From NCBI RefSeq assembly GCF_018398935.1, contig NZ_CP074694.1, forward strand, positions 3,480,001 through 3,512,000: a stretch of DNA of 32,000 nt, in the 5' to 3' direction. Shown here in pieces: positions 1 through 8,198 of the stretch. Position 1 is the stretch's first letter. Each line of letters opens with the position of its first letter. Source of the stretch: Telmatocola sphagniphila. Its GTDB lineage: Bacteria > Planctomycetota > Planctomycetia > Gemmatales > Gemmataceae. A program made the position numbers and the translations under genes. The notes beneath the pieces were generated by a model. It had not been told where the DNA came from and did not search any database. It was given only the letters and a program-made list of their open reading frames with translations.

Positions 1-3
1 AGG

Positions 4-363
4 TCAAATTGGCTGAATCATGTTCCCTTTGCGGATCAACTCAAGAGTCCGGAATAATTCTCCATCCCCCGAACCTTCCGTCACATTGGCTTTCAAGCCC
101 CGATGATCCGGGCCCAGATGTTTCCAAACTCCCTCCGCATGCGTTACCGGTTTAAAGAACACCTTGGAACTGGCTTCCGGTGTGATCCCCAGAGTTTCAG
201 GAGTTTGTCGATCCAAATGCGGGATAAACCCTTGTTGGGAAACCGTATGTCCCGCCGAAAAACTTTCCGTTTCCTTAAAAACTACGATCACGGGGCAAGT
301 GTGGGAGTGCCCTTGCTCATCGATATATTTTCCTTCGATCACTTCATAACCGGTAATTTCCAT
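4..363 (-). CDS. hypothetical protein (119 aa), family not recognised
   Basis: Complete ORF with an ATG at 361-363. It lies 56 nt downstream of the same-strand aldo/keto reductase gene, so co-transcription is possible. I can name no diagnostic motif. Confidence 0.45.
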   Translation of the reverse strand: MEITGYEVIEGKYIDEQGHSHTCPVIVVFKETESFSAGHTVSQQGFIPHLDRQTPETLGITPEASSKVFFKPVTHAEGVWKHLGPDHRGLKANVTEGSGDGELFRTLELIRKGNMIQPI

Positions 364-419
364 AATCCGCCACCCCGCAGCATTTATAAATGCTAATCCC
401 TTACATATTGATTAAATTT

Positions 420-1496
420 TTAATCCGGATTCGGCTCAGGCTCACCCATCCAGAGAGGGTTTTTGGCCGTACCATCGAATTGAGTCGACGTTTTGAATCG
501 TTCGAACTTTCCCTGGACGGCGGCATCGCGGGTTTTGTTCAAAAGAGCCGTTATCTGATCCGTAGTGAGTGGTTTGAAGTTCTTTACGGCCTCCAGATCC
601 TGCTTGAGAACTTCGAGGCTATCGATGCCGCGAATGACAACCGACGTCGGAAGCGTTAGAGCGAATTGCAGACATTCCACAGCAGTGACCGTTTTGCTTT
701 TCAGGATGGCCCCGCTGCCCATCGATTTCATTCCGAGTACGCCAATTTTTTCGCGAACCAGAGTGGGAATGACATTGCGGCTAAAACTGCGAAAATGAGC
801 ATCCATAACATTGATAGGCATTTGAACGGTGTCGAAGTGAAAGCTATGTTCAGCCGCCATTTCCAACATTCGCTGATGAACGAGGGGATCCTTATGACCT
901 GTGAAGCCGATAAATCGCAATTTGCCAGCCTTTTTGGCTTCCAGCATCGCTTCCTGAGATCCGCCCGGTGCAAATATGCGATCCGGATCTTCCATTCGAA
1001 GCACTTCGTGATGTTGAATCAGATCGATATGATCGGTCTGAAGTCGCTTCAAAGATTCTTCAATTTGTTTCGCAGCCTCTTTCTTCGTTCGTCCATCTAT
1101 CTTGGTCATCAAAAAGACTTTATTACGATAACCGTCCTGTAAGGCTTTTCCCATGCGTACTTCACTGAGCCCATCATGATAGTCCCAGCAGTTGTCCAGA
1201 AAGGTGACCCCAGCATCGATCGCCGAGCGGATGATCTTGATGCTGAGGGATTCTTCTTTCTGTAATCCAATGTGATGGCCACCGATGCCAAGTATGGAAA
1301 CCTCTTCTCCGGTACTGCCGAGCTTGCGATAACGCATCTCTCCTCGCAGTACATCGGGTACGGTCGGCGGAAAGTCGGTACCACTGATTTTGGGATCGAC
1401 CTCTTTTCCCGGCTGTTGAGCCTTCACCAGGGAATCGGTCATCATGGCGGAACCCGCGGCCGTGGAGACGGCAGTGATAAATTCTCGTCGTTGCAT
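420..1496 (-). CDS. aldo/keto reductase with twin-arginine-type signal peptide
   Basis: 358-aa ORF with an ATG start. The N-terminus MQRREFITAVSTAAGSAMM resembles a Tat signal. AKR-like core segments are present: ILGIGGHHIG, FLDNCWDYHDG, HIDLIQHHE and FIGFTGH. Confidence 0.85.
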   Translation of the reverse strand: MQRREFITAVSTAAGSAMMTDSLVKAQQPGKEVDPKISGTDFPPTVPDVLRGEMRYRKLGSTGEEVSILGIGGHHIGLQKEESLSIKIIRSAIDAGVTFLDNCWDYHDGLSEVRMGKALQDGYRNKVFLMTKIDGRTKKEAAKQIEESLKRLQTDHIDLIQHHEVLRMEDPDRIFAPGGSQEAMLEAKKAGKLRFIGFTGHKDPLVHQRMLEMAAEHSFHFDTVQMPINVMDAHFRSFSRNVIPTLVREKIGVLGMKSMGSGAILKSKTVTAVECLQFALTLPTSVVIRGIDSLEVLKQDLEAVKNFKPLTTDQITALLNKTRDAAVQGKFERFKTSTQFDGTAKNPLWMGEPEPNPD

Positions 1497-1526
1497 GCTG
1501 CATCAACCTCAGGAGGATTTCTCGTA

Positions 1527-1826
1527 CTATTTTTTCGGCGATTTTTTTTCGGACGCCGATCCGTCCAGTTCCTGCCATTGAGCTTCCGTGATCTCTACGC
1601 CGAAGTGACGCGCGGCCTTCTTGATATTGGCGAATGCCTGCGCTCGTTCCTGGTCGGAAACATCTTTGACTTGATTGAAACGGGCCAAAGCATTACGGAC
1701 ATGCGAAGCATCGGTCAACGGTTCTTTTCGCTTGGCGGGAAATGCGTAGACGCTATCGGGAAGATCGCTCTGTTTGGTGAGCGTGCCATGCTTTACATGC
1801 GGTTTCCAAGTAGCACGAGTGGCCAT
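1527..1826 (-). CDS. DUF6582-like small protein
   Basis: The motif SVYAFPAKRKEPLTDASHVRNALARFNQV matches the conserved core I associate with DUF6582. I start the gene at ATG 1824-1826, preceded by AGGGGA. The ORF-track start at 1862 is a TTG that overlaps the upstream stop codon. Confidence 0.6.
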   Translation of the reverse strand: MATRATWKPHVKHGTLTKQSDLPDSVYAFPAKRKEPLTDASHVRNALARFNQVKDVSDQERAQAFANIKKAARHFGVEITEAQWQELDGSASEKKSPKK

Positions 1827-1858
1827 GTCGGGTCCCCTAAAGTTTAAACTGTTTCCGC

Positions 1859-2380
1859 TCAATCTCGAGTGCCAATCTTTCGTAACTGCTTTAAATGATC
1901 CTTCAGCACGGGTAAGGTTCTCTCGGCAAATTCCTTTAATTTTACATTTTGCGAGTCTTTAATGACCTGGTTGTACTTTTCTATATCCTGCTCGTGAGTT
2001 TTGATCATTCGTTGCACAAACTCTTTATCGAATTTATCGCGAGCAAGCGACTTATACTGGTCGTATTCTTGCTGCTGTTCGGAAGATAATTTCTCAATGA
2101 GTGGGAACTTTTCAGATCCGGCCAGTGTTTTAAGATCTTCACAAATTTTGCTATGTTCCGTGGAGAATTGTTCGCCGATTTTCTTAACTTCGGAATGACT
2201 CCCCATCATCATGGCCAATTTCCCCAGCTCGAGATCCTGTTTGGATTCCGCAAAGGCAGACTTCACGAAGTCGGCATCATCAAATGCCTTTTTTTCTTCC
2301 TTGGATTTCTGCGGCAGCTCAGCGGTCGTGATGGAAAGTATAAAGAGTAAAGCCATACAAATAAGTTCAAAGATTTTCAT
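1859..2380 (-). CDS. DUF4142 domain-containing exported protein
   Basis: Two DUF4142-like half-repeats are present: FVKSAFAESKQDLELGKLA...HSK and FDKEFVQRMIKTHEQDIEKY...LKEFAERTLPVLKDHL. I start at the internal ATG 2378-2380, which gives the signal peptide MKIFELICMALLFILSITTA. Confidence 0.75.
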   Translation of the reverse strand: MKIFELICMALLFILSITTAELPQKSKEEKKAFDDADFVKSAFAESKQDLELGKLAMMMGSHSEVKKIGEQFSTEHSKICEDLKTLAGSEKFPLIEKLSSEQQQEYDQYKSLARDKFDKEFVQRMIKTHEQDIEKYNQVIKDSQNVKLKEFAERTLPVLKDHLKQLRKIGTRD

Positions 2381-2493
2381 ATCGCCCCCGGAATAACGCT
2401 TAATATAAATTAGCGATAATTGATTCCGCACTTTTAATACCAGAATTCATTTTTTCCTGATTATTCGCCAAATTGGATTCGCTGGACTGAAAT

Positions 2494-2524
2494 AAAAAAA
2501 CGCAACCCGAGTTTTGGGTTGCGT
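2494..2524 (-). terminator. rho-independent terminator of the low-complexity protein gene
   Basis: Perfect 9-bp stem (ACGCAACCC / GGGTTGCGT) with a 7-nt loop. On the minus strand it is followed by a run of 7 T (A-run 2494-2500 on the plus strand). It sits 23 nt downstream of the stop at 2547. Confidence 0.7.
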
Positions 2525-2546
2525 TTCATTTAATGTCTTCTGGGTG

Positions 2547-3353
2547 TTACCGTCGGAAACCGCGGCCTCCCCAACCACCGCGACCGCCCCAGCCGCCACC
2601 CCAGCCACCGCGGCCCCAACCACCGCCATAATAACCTACACTGATACCGCCCCCGTAATATCCAGGATAGCTGCTATAAGAGTAGCTGGGGTAGGAGTAA
2701 TAGGTGGTAGAAGGATAGTACGTGGGATCACTATAAACTACCGACGGGGAGTAAGTTGGCGTTGAGTAATACGTTGTCGGAGTACCGGAGTAGGTCGTCG
2801 ATGGCGTATAGTAGCTCGTTGTCGATTGCGGATAGGCTCCTTGGTAGATGACCTGACCGTTTCCACTCATCGGCGGAAGGTTGGTCGGTTGAATGTTCTG
2901 ACTGTTCGTGTTCTGATTGTTCGAGTTCGTTTCGCTCGTGTTATTCGAGCTCGAGTTCTGGTTCGAATTTTGATTCGAGTTCGGATTGGTTTTGTTGTTT
3001 GGATTGTTCGAACTGTTATTGTTGTTGCTCTGCGGTCGATTCGGGTTGTTGGGCTGGTTCGGGTTGGTATTTTGTGGACCATTAGGCATCGGTTGAGCCG
3101 GGCCATTTCGATAAATTGGACCTCCATAACCGGGATTTCCGTACACCGGACCGCCGTTGACGGGTCCACCATACCCCGGATTTCCGTAGACAGGACCACG
3201 GTATACCGGTTCGCCTCCGCCGCAGCAGCTCGATACTACCGGCGCGGGTTCGTAATAGGCCGCGCTGGAACGTGGCGGGCACTTGGCATTTCCCGTACCT
3301 GTGAAAGCGAGCACTGAACCGACCGCCGCCATACTTAAAAGCTTCCTACGCAT
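2547..3353 (-). CDS. secreted low-complexity protein (Gly/Tyr/Pro repeats, Asn/Ser/Gln tract, Ser/Thr/Tyr tract, C-terminal GGW/RGG repeats)
   Basis: The start is moved to ATG 3351-3353, preceded by AGGAGA. This gives the signal peptide MRRKLLSMAAVGSVLAFTGTGNA. The composition is modular: an exact duplicated GPVYGNPGYGGP, a long N/S/Q/P tract, a YYSTPTYSPS-type tract and a terminal GGGWGRGGWGGGWGGRGGWGGRGFRR. The gene has its own terminator. Confidence 0.7.
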   Translation of the reverse strand: MRRKLLSMAAVGSVLAFTGTGNAKCPPRSSAAYYEPAPVVSSCCGGGEPVYRGPVYGNPGYGGPVNGGPVYGNPGYGGPIYRNGPAQPMPNGPQNTNPNQPNNPNRPQSNNNNSSNNPNNKTNPNSNQNSNQNSSSNNTSETNSNNQNTNSQNIQPTNLPPMSGNGQVIYQGAYPQSTTSYYTPSTTYSGTPTTYYSTPTYSPSVVYSDPTYYPSTTYYSYPSYSYSSYPGYYGGGISVGYYGGGWGRGGWGGGWGGRGGWGGRGFRR

Positions 3354-3522
3354 AGTGTTTCTCCTGTTGAAATAGAATGAAATGCGTACAACGCATGTGA
3401 CGAAAATATGGGCAAGGTTCATGCCAAAAGGGCGAAGGAAAATTCACGACTTGCAGCGAGGTTTGCAATCTTCTGTTTCTTGAAATTTAGCTTAGTAGAG
3501 ACATACCCCAAACGAATTCCGA

Positions 3523-5409
3523 CTAACTTAACCCGACGTTATAGGCTGGCGCTTCTCGAGAACTTGGGTGTAAAGGCCGGGAATTTTCCGGATTCGGTTG
3601 GGCTAGTTCTGTAAAAATTCCGCCATGTTCGATCAGGGACTGATAATTCCCCTGCTCCACAATTCTTCCGGAATCGAAAACAAATATTCGGTCGGTATCC
3701 TGCAAAGAGGAAAGCCGGTGCGCGATCATAATTACCGTTCGGTCGGAACGGGCCTGCTCAATGGCCTGCTGTACAATCCGTTCGCTGATCGTATCCAGAG
3801 CGCTTGTAGCTTCATCGAGAATCAGAATCGGCGGATCCTTTAAAAAAATGCGCGCCAAAGCGATGCGTTGACGCTGACCTCCGGAGATGTTGCTTCCCCG
3901 TTCGGCGATCTTGGTGGAATAGCCTTCGGGCATCGCAACAATCTCGTCGTGAATGCAGGCGCGAATAGCGGCCTCTCGGATACTGGCTTCATCGCAATCG
4001 TCCGAACAGCCGTACCGAATGTTCTCTTCGATGGAACCGCTGAAAATAAAAGGAGATTGGCCTACATAGCCGATCAATTCGCTGATGGAGGAACGGGAGA
4101 CTTGATCGAGGGGAATACCGCGCAGCCGGACCCTACCGCCATTGGGATGGATAACGCGCATCAGAACCTTGATGAGCGTCGATTTGCCGCAGCCTGAACG
4201 ACCTACTACCCCGACGGTTTCGCCGTTCATGATCTTCATTTCCACACCGGTCAAAACGCTAACATCCTTGCCGCAACTGGTTTTATAAGCGACATGGAGT
4301 TCCTCAATCTCAATAACCGGACCGGTATCATCGTGAGGAACAACGCATTCGTTCGCAATCATATAGGAGCGATCGAGGGGTTGCTCCATCATGCTGATCA
4401 GGTCACCCACTCGTAAGGCCGCTTCGTGACCTTCGTCCAGGATGCGATGCACCTCCGCAACAGGAGTCATCACACTCATGAACAAAGCCGAGAATGTGAG
4501 GATATCTCCAAAACTATTCTGGCCACTCACGGCAAGATAAACCGCTACAGATAGAACCAACAGGTGAAAAAAGCCTTCAGTCAACGCCTTTCCCGCGCCG
4601 AATAAGGCCATGGCCACATGATGTTTCAAGGCATCCGAACGCTGCTGCTCTGTTAAAGCATCGACCTTGGCCACCTCCTGCTGATGGGTATCGGCAACGC
4701 GAACGTAATCGAGCCCACCAAGCAATTCAACCACGGTGCCATCGACCAATTCGTTACTTCGAATCAACTTCAAGCGGATGTCTTTCTGGGAAACCAACTG
4801 CCAGGCCGTGAGCGAAACGGAGACGGGTACCACTGCGGCCATAACCAACCCCATCCAGGGGGCCTTGTAAAACACGGCCACCAAAGCCATAAGCCCGGTG
4901 AGCAGCGCGGGGAAAAAATCGAGAAAGGCGGCCCGCAAAAATCTCATGTAGCCGCCGACATTTCGGGAGATTCGGCCATTGAGACTACCGATTTTTTCAT
5001 GGGTTAGAGTGCTCAAATCGGCTTTAAGAAGCTGGGCGATCACCTGAACACTCAAGTTTTTTTCAATTCGCGTACAGGTACTCTCCACCACATAACGGCG
5101 AATGACATTTATCACTTCGCGCGTCAGCACCAGCAGAGCCACTATGCCGAGGTAGAATCCGGCGATTCGAAAAAGGACGTACCCTCCGGCATGAGTGTGC
5201 ACACCCTGGCTGAGATCGTCGACGAGTTTCCCCAGAAAAACGGGGACACCAACCGAAGTTAAGCCGGTGATGAACATCAGGAGAGCGGCGGCTCCAAACA
5301 TCCATTTTTGTTTGAAGGGAACCCGACTCCAGACTTGCCCGCTTCGCACCAGAATCAGTCGCAGTTCGGACCAAAAATGTGATCGAACGTCAGATGAATT
5401 CGTTTCCAT
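3523..5409 (-). CDS. ABC transporter, fused permease/ATP-binding exporter type
   Basis: 628 aa. The N-terminal half is a multi-TM domain. The C-terminal NBD carries Walker A GRSGCGKST, ABC signature ISGGQRQRIALAR, Walker B ILILDEATSALD and H-loop IAHRLS. Confidence 0.9.
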   Translation of the reverse strand: METNSSDVRSHFWSELRLILVRSGQVWSRVPFKQKWMFGAAALLMFITGLTSVGVPVFLGKLVDDLSQGVHTHAGGYVLFRIAGFYLGIVALLVLTREVINVIRRYVVESTCTRIEKNLSVQVIAQLLKADLSTLTHEKIGSLNGRISRNVGGYMRFLRAAFLDFFPALLTGLMALVAVFYKAPWMGLVMAAVVPVSVSLTAWQLVSQKDIRLKLIRSNELVDGTVVELLGGLDYVRVADTHQQEVAKVDALTEQQRSDALKHHVAMALFGAGKALTEGFFHLLVLSVAVYLAVSGQNSFGDILTFSALFMSVMTPVAEVHRILDEGHEAALRVGDLISMMEQPLDRSYMIANECVVPHDDTGPVIEIEELHVAYKTSCGKDVSVLTGVEMKIMNGETVGVVGRSGCGKSTLIKVLMRVIHPNGGRVRLRGIPLDQVSRSSISELIGYVGQSPFIFSGSIEENIRYGCSDDCDEASIREAAIRACIHDEIVAMPEGYSTKIAERGSNISGGQRQRIALARIFLKDPPILILDEATSALDTISERIVQQAIEQARSDRTVIMIAHRLSSLQDTDRIFVFDSGRIVEQGNYQSLIEHGGIFTELAQPNPENSRPLHPSSREAPAYNVGLS

Positions 5410-5860
5410 TCTCTAACTGGTGCCTCTCCCTCGCCATCGCATTTGCCAACGAGGACAATTGCCGACTGGATATGAAATTGCTCAAGTAAGAAAAAACTCG
5501 TAAATACCAGGACCAAGACTTCGGGAGATTAATCGTTGAAAAGCAGTTTTTGTACCGTGAAGGGATTTTGCCCAGAAACTTCCAATTTCAGAATTTCAGT
5601 TTTTAAGCATCCTTTAAAAAAGCCGCAAGGGAAGGTCATCGGGTTCTTCACTTGCCCTGCCGCGGAGAGCCGCGAAACAGTTTATCGAGCAGCACGATGC
5701 GCAACTTATTCAGACGCGCACAATCCTGCGCACTGAATTTGCGAGCTACATCTCTTCACGTCGAGTTTCGAATTTATTTTTCCGCTTTTAGACGGACAAT
5801 AACTGCAATGCGGATGAGAGTTTCGGGAAATTTGCATCTTCTGGGGAGAGCGGATCGGGC

Positions 5861-5877
5861 TGGAACACTTCTTGCTT
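5861..5877 (+). promoter_or_regulatory. sigma-54-like -24/-12 element (weak candidate)
   Basis: TGGAACACTTCTTGCTT against the consensus TGGCACG-N4-TTGCW. The GG and TTGC are correctly spaced. It lies 257 nt upstream of the next plus-strand start at 6134. Confidence 0.2.
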
Positions 5878-6133
5878 AATATTTCTCAAAACATCTGATC
5901 GAAAATCTCGATACTCGGGCCAGGAATCACCAATCACTATCTGAATGTCTACCGAATCAGTGATTTCAAAAGAGGCGGAGAGCCACATAGCAGTGATTTG
6001 TCTTTACAAAAGATGAATCGCGAGGCGTTCACAGAAAAGGAATTTCATCTCAAATGAAACTTGGGTTGTATTGCGAATCGGAAGAATGAATTCACACAAC
6101 TGGATCGACTCCTGAGGAACAAGGGAATATTTC

Positions 6134-6883
6134 ATGTCGGCGATACTGCGAACCACAGATCGAAGGCTTTTCGATTTGGAATCGGAACTCCGCGAAACGC
6201 ACAAGGATGGGGTTAAAAATCTCCGCCTGACTGCCGAAAGTGGAGAAATCGGCATCGAAGGGGAAGCCCGCAGTTATTACGACAAGCAGCTGCTCTTAGA
6301 GCATCTGCGTTCCTACACCGATCAGCGGATTTCCGGCGCACGGCTGATCGTTCGAACCAATATGTATCTGAATGAGCATCTATCGAAAATGAAACCTTAC
6401 TCCGAAGCCGAGAGCAAACCCCAACCTTTATTTGTTTCTCCGATCAAATATCGTGTGCTGGTCGCCTCCAGCGATCACAACTGGCTGGGCAAGTGCGTTC
6501 GTCAGTTAGAAAAAGTCGGATGTAAAGTTTCCGCCGCACGTACAGGAATCGAATGTCTGGAAGAAATCCGCAAAGATATTCCCGACATTCTTGTGGTTCA
6601 TGATCGGCTGAATTGGGGTGGAGCGACCGGTGTGCTCGCCGCGGCTGCGGACAAAGGATACTTCAACCGCTTGCGGGCTCTCTACTGCGGCATACCGGAG
6701 ACCAGTTTAGACGAGGTCACTGAAATGCCTCATTTACCTGCGGAAATTTACCTGACCCGTTGCGAGGGCATTGAACAGATCTCGGAATTCGTGCAGTTCG
6801 TATCCATTGGTTATTTCGATGGGGCGACTTGCCCCCACGAAATTTCCCGTGTCGAGCATGCCTTCTTTTATCCTCCTCAATAA
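6134..6883 (+). CDS. hypothetical protein with BON-like N-terminal segment and degenerate receiver-like domain
   Basis: 249-aa ORF with an ATG start. LRLTAESGEIGIEGEARSYYDKQLLLEHL resembles a BON domain pattern. The central segment YRVLVASSDHNW...PDILVVHDRLNWGG follows the response-regulator beta1/beta3 pattern. The acidic pair is replaced by SS, and His sits at the usual phospho-Asp position. Confidence 0.6.
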   Translation: MSAILRTTDRRLFDLESELRETHKDGVKNLRLTAESGEIGIEGEARSYYDKQLLLEHLRSYTDQRISGARLIVRTNMYLNEHLSKMKPYSEAESKPQPLFVSPIKYRVLVASSDHNWLGKCVRQLEKVGCKVSAARTGIECLEEIRKDIPDILVVHDRLNWGGATGVLAAAADKGYFNRLRALYCGIPETSLDEVTEMPHLPAEIYLTRCEGIEQISEFVQFVSIGYFDGATCPHEISRVEHAFFYPPQ

Positions 6884-6965
6884 ATTCCACGGCTAAACGC
6901 CTTTGGGTTTGTTTTCGGGAAGTTGCCGATCTTCTTTTTCTCAACACTCAATGGAGTTTTCTTCC

Positions 6966-8078
6966 ATGGCCGATACTAAATCGAAAATCCGCTATGCCGT
7001 CGTGGGTAGCGGCTGGTTTGCTCAAATTGCGGTTCTCCCTTCGTTTGCGAATGCCCAAAATGCAGAACTGGCCGCGATCGTTTCAGGCGATCCGGTTAAA
7101 CGCAGTGAACTCGGACAAAAATATCAAGTGCCGGCCTGCGATTACGACGGCTTCGATGAACTGCTCGAAACCGGGAAGATCGATGCGGTGTACATCGCAT
7201 TGCCCAATTCCATGCATCGCGATTATACCGTAGCCGCCGCCAAGCACGGGGTGCATATCCTCTGCGAGAAACCGCTCGCACCCACCGCAGCGGAATGCCA
7301 GGATATGATCGAAGCCTGCCAAGAGCATAACGTTAAGTTGATGACCGCTTACCGGCTGCATTTCGAACCGGGAAACCTGGCCGCCATCGAAGCCGTGCAG
7401 AATGGAAAAATCGGTGAAGCGCGATTATTCCATTCGGTTTTCACTCAGCAGGTGGCTGAGGGAAACATTCGATTGAATGCGGATTTGGGCAGTGGTCCGC
7501 TTTCCGATCTGGGGATTTATTGCATAAACGCCGCGCGTTATCTATTCCGCGACGAACCGATTGAAGTGACCGCGATGCACGCCAGCAATGGGGAAACTCG
7601 ATTCAGTGAAGTTCCGGAGATGGTCACGGCCTCCATGCGTTTTCCTAAGGAACGACTGGCCGTGTTCACTTGCGGCTTTGGTGAAGGACAAGTTTCAGAA
7701 TATCGGGTCGTGGGTACGACCGGCGATCTAAGGATGGAACCGGCCTATTCCTTTCAGGACGATCTGATGATGTATCTGACCGCCGGTGGTAAAACGACGG
7801 AAACGAAGTATCGGGTATCGAATCAGGTCGGTGCGGAAATCGTTTACTTCGCGGATTGCATTCAGAACAATCGAACCGTCGAGCCTTGCGGACATGAAGG
7901 TCTGGCGGATATTCAAATTATTGAGGCGATTCAGAAATCGGCTCGCATGGGTGGGAAGCCGGTTCCCCTCGATTCGTTTGTGACCAAGACGCGACCCACC
8001 CCGCAACAGCAGATGACACTTCCCAAGACCAAGAAACCCACGCTGGTAAATGCGGCTTCACCTTCGGGGGAGAAGTAG
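6966..8078 (+). CDS. Gfo/Idh/MocA family oxidoreductase
   Basis: N-terminal Rossmann motif IRYAVVGSGWFAQ and the conserved CEKPLA segment. The length and C-terminal alpha/beta domain are typical of the family. The start is chosen at ATG 6966 (GGAG 9 nt upstream); alternatives are 6951 and 6903. Confidence 0.88.
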   Translation: MADTKSKIRYAVVGSGWFAQIAVLPSFANAQNAELAAIVSGDPVKRSELGQKYQVPACDYDGFDELLETGKIDAVYIALPNSMHRDYTVAAAKHGVHILCEKPLAPTAAECQDMIEACQEHNVKLMTAYRLHFEPGNLAAIEAVQNGKIGEARLFHSVFTQQVAEGNIRLNADLGSGPLSDLGIYCINAARYLFRDEPIEVTAMHASNGETRFSEVPEMVTASMRFPKERLAVFTCGFGEGQVSEYRVVGTTGDLRMEPAYSFQDDLMMYLTAGGKTTETKYRVSNQVGAEIVYFADCIQNNRTVEPCGHEGLADIQIIEAIQKSARMGGKPVPLDSFVTKTRPTPQQQMTLPKTKKPTLVNAASPSGEK

Positions 8079-8148
8079 GTTTTCTTGGAGATTCCAACTT
8101 ACCCGGACCTCAAAAGGAGGTTCGGGGCTTTCACATCCCGAAGCCGAT

Positions 8149-8186
8149 GGGATTACAATTTTCCTGAAGTTTGTAATATCCCTTTT
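8149..8186 (+). terminator. candidate terminator between convergent genes
   Basis: Hairpin GGGATTACAA...TTGTAATATCCC (7 perfect bp plus a GGG/CCC extension with a 2-nt bulge), followed by TTTT. It lies 71 nt after the oxidoreductase stop. Confidence 0.45.
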
Positions 8187-8198
8187 CAGTCTGACCGC

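Noticed and set aside
2826-3317. Alternative-frame ORFs (163 aa plus strand, 110 aa and 66 aa minus strand) within the low-complexity gene
   Set aside because: The repetitive DNA keeps several frames open. Only the 2547-3353 minus frame has a signal peptide, an RBS and a terminator.
5788-6255. Two minus-strand ORFs (66 aa and 83 aa) in the long intergenic region, considered as a possible small two-gene (toxin-antitoxin-like) pair
   Set aside because: Neither candidate start has a Shine-Dalgarno-like sequence. The longer ORF overlaps the start of the plus-strand gene at 6134. I recognise no family motifs.
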